Below, piece by piece: positions 61,330 to 64,000 of a stretch of 64,000 nucleotides of DNA. Origin of the DNA: Scyliorhinus canicula. Its lineage: Eukaryota. Numbering within the stretch: the stretch's first letter is position 1; every line of letters begins with the position of its first letter. The notes beneath the pieces are model-generated. The model did no database searches. It saw only the letters and a list, made by a program, of their open reading frames with translations, and was not told the DNA's origin. The DNA is taken from assembly GCF_902713615.1 (NCBI RefSeq), contig NC_052164.1, positions 83,427,830-83,491,829 of the forward strand, read 5' to 3'. The translations under genes and the position numbers were made by a program.

Positions 61330-62230
61330 TCCTGTCTCTGCATTCCAAAAGAGCTGTCCATTCTGTGAAACCTTGATCCACACTTCAGACAAGTGGGCGT
61401 CTTCTCCCTTCCAATGTCTCATTTCCATGCAAACATAGGGGACGTAACACCTATCCTTTTGCCCTTTCCGGTGTCACCATCCAAGGCTCCAAACAGTGAT
61501 TTTCTTGCTCTTCATTCAGTTTAGTACACGCTATTCACTGCCCTCGATGTGATCTCCTCGACACTGGGGATATCAAACGCAGACTGGGTGACCACTTTAT
61601 GGGGCCCCTTAGTTCAGTCCTCAGGCCTGACCCTGAGATTCCTGTTGCATGTCGTTACAATTCTCCACCTTGCTCCGCACTCTGACCTTTCTGTCCTTGG
61701 ACTGTTGCAGTTTCCCACTGATGTCCAGCGCAAGCTCGAGGAACAGCACCTTATCGTTCAACCTGCCACTCTCCAAGCCTTCTGGACCAAATATTAAGCT
61801 CAATAATTTTAGATCATAACCTCTACCTCCATTTTGTTTATTGTTTTTTTGCCGGGTTGGTTTTGTGTCGCTTCACATTGTGTTTGGACGGCAGATCTCC
61901 AGCCATTCGCACCTCACCTGGACACATCTTTTATTTCTTTACTGTGCTGAGTATCACTCCCTCCTTTACCATGGAATCTTTTGTTATTGAACCTCTCCTC
62001 TTCACCCGATCAGAGACCTTCCCATTTGTTCTCCTTCCACACTCTCCCCTCTATAATTTGCTCAGAACCAATTACATTCTGACTTTCTTTAGTTCTGATG
62101 AAGGGCCATCATTGACTTGAAATGCTCATTCTGTTTCTCTCTGCACAGATGCCCTCTCACCTGCTCAGTATTTGCAGAATTTCCATCCAGAATTTATTTC
62201 AGATTTCTGACACCTGCAGCATTTTGCTTT
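61330..62230 (+). mobile_element. Penelope-like element remnant (GIY-YIG region and terminal repeat)
   Basis: Degenerate C-x-LLxxGxxKRRLGD, RKLEEQHLI; ctgatgaaggg..gacttgaaa terminal motif. Confidence 0.65.
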
Positions 62231-62239
62231 TGAGAGAAA

Positions 62240-63545
62240 CAAGTTCAGTTTCCATTCCCCACTCTCATCTCACTTTACCCTATTGGAGCTATCTCCCCCT
62301 GCTGGGAGGGCAGAGAGGAGGCATTCTCTGGTGTCTGCGTCATTTAGGACGGAGAGCATCATAGGTCATCCTTACTTTCCCAACCTTACCTGGCTGCAAT
62401 GCCTCCTTGGTGCTCTTCAGAAGCCTGGAGGCTACTCCTGTGGCTGCAGGCAAGAACATGTGACTCGGTTCCTAGCCGCCATGTTGAAAGGTCACGTGCT
62501 TGTGGCTGACAGAGGGATGGAGAGCGGGAACGAGCATTGTGCCAAAACACGCAAGTGCTTGAGATGTGTGTTGCATCAGCGGGTTAACATGTGATGCTGC
62601 CTCTTTTTCTTGGGTGTGTCCTCCACCAGGTCCTTCTCAGTAACTGGCATCTCAGCTTCCTCTGCTGTATTAGTGGCCAGCCTTGCTGCTCCGTGCAGCC
62701 TATTCCCGGAGTCAGCGGTGAACCTGAGCTCTACTGGGAGCGACTTTCAAGTTTTCGCAAAGCATTGCCAAAACTTTGCTGAGAGCGCTGAAGTTGGCAA
62801 TTATTCCATTATCACATCTCAGTGACATCTGAGATGTTGCTCTGAGGTGTAACATTGCAACGTATAGATTTTACTTTACCTGGCTATATTGAATCAGGGA
62901 TTTCACTGTGTGAATCATTCATTCAGCTAGGCTTAGAGTAGTGAGGAAAATAAGTAGTGTGAACAATATTCCACTTCTCACACACACATCTTGAAATAGC
63001 CTACCAATAAATTACGGACCGGTATCCAAAGTGATTCCTCTAGGCATACAAAATACAGTGGAGATAGCACTAGTGTATGCTCAAATATGCTTAACATATT
63101 GTACAATTTTTGAATAATGGGGTAAAGTAGTCAACAATGATGATGAAGTCAGTGCGATGGACATGAAAGAGGTCAGATTTGATTTTGGACCAAGGATGGG
63201 CACGACCTTCATGTGGTATAAGTGGTTCTTCAAGCTGCCTTAGCGAATTCTCTTGACATGCCTCACATGTATTGGTGAGGGCTTCAGTGAGATTCTTCAT
63301 ACCTAACCAATAGACACTTTCTTGCAAGTCTTTTGGTTCAATCTATGCTCATACGTGAATGACAAAGTTTTTGAAGAAAGGTTCCTGTGTGACAACCTGC
63401 TTTCTTTTTAAGAAGACTCTAAGGGAGACTACTAACTCATCGTCATAAAGCCAAAATGGTCTCACGTTTTTGTGGACATGGTCTCCAACATAATTGTTTT
63501 GCCAAATAAATAGGTATGAAAATGCACAATTCCAAACACTGAGGC
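62240..63545 (-). mobile_element. Decayed Gypsy integrase region
   Basis: ESVYWLGM..CEACQ..HPWSKIKSDLF..IIVDYF. Confidence 0.7.
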
Positions 63546-63567
63546 TAATGTTTCCTGCTTGATACCG

Positions 63568-63900
63568 CAGCGTGGTAGCATGGTGGTTAGCATAAATGCT
63601 TCACAGCTCCAGGGTCCCAGGTTCGATTCCCGGCTGGGTCACTGTCTGTGCGGAGTCTGCACATCCTCCCCGTGTGTGCGTGGGTTTCCTCCGGGTGCTC
63701 CGGTTTCCTCCCACAGTCCAAAAATGTGCGGGTTAGGTGGATTGGCCATGCTAAATTGCCTGTAGTGTCCTAAAACGTAAGGCTAAGGGGGGGTTGTTGG
63801 GTTACGGGTATAGGGTGGATACGTGGGTTTGAGTAGGGTGATCTGCTCGGCACAACATCGAGGGCTGAAGGGCTTGTTCAGTGCTGTAATGTTCTATATT
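63568..63900 (+). mobile_element. HE1-like SINE
   Basis: Head ggttcgattccc, core and CR1-type tail. Confidence 0.88.
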
Positions 63901-64000
63901 CGAGTAGGATTTTGAGGCAAATGCAGTAGATTATTTTATATTATTTGTGCTCCCAGAACTTTCTGTGAAGCATCTACCTTCAAGAAGCTGTCTCCCAAAG

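Overview
Vertebrate genomic DNA, very probably elasmobranch (HE1-type SINEs, CR1 LINEs, GC-rich Harbinger-type MITEs; catshark-like, but the species cannot be fixed from sequence alone). The only host genes found are a minus-strand tandem array of three-exon NNMT/INMT/PNMT-family SAM-dependent small-molecule methyltransferases. Copy A has only exon 1 in the window. B (3312-13003) and C (17192-21886) are intact 263-aa genes about 95% identical in protein. D (38049-44001) is an intact, divergent 266-aa gene. E (45750-48009) is a pseudogene. A/B/C arose by recent 9-13 kb tandem duplication with a breakpoint inside nested LTR retrotransposons; D/E are an older duplication. The rest is mostly transposon debris: Gmr1-like and other Gypsy LTR elements, L1, CR1, Rex1/Babar, Penelope-like remnants with hammerhead-like motifs, Harbinger remnants and MITEs, and SINEs. 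Main lead: the enzymes keep the SAM-binding scaffold but not the nicotinamide-pocket residues, and acceptor-facing segments diversify between copies while a scaffold segment looks homogenised by gene conversion. This suggests a lineage-specific methylation system of unknown substrate. Alignments and counts were done by hand; human residue numbers are from memory and need confirming. Repeat boundaries without TSDs are approximate.
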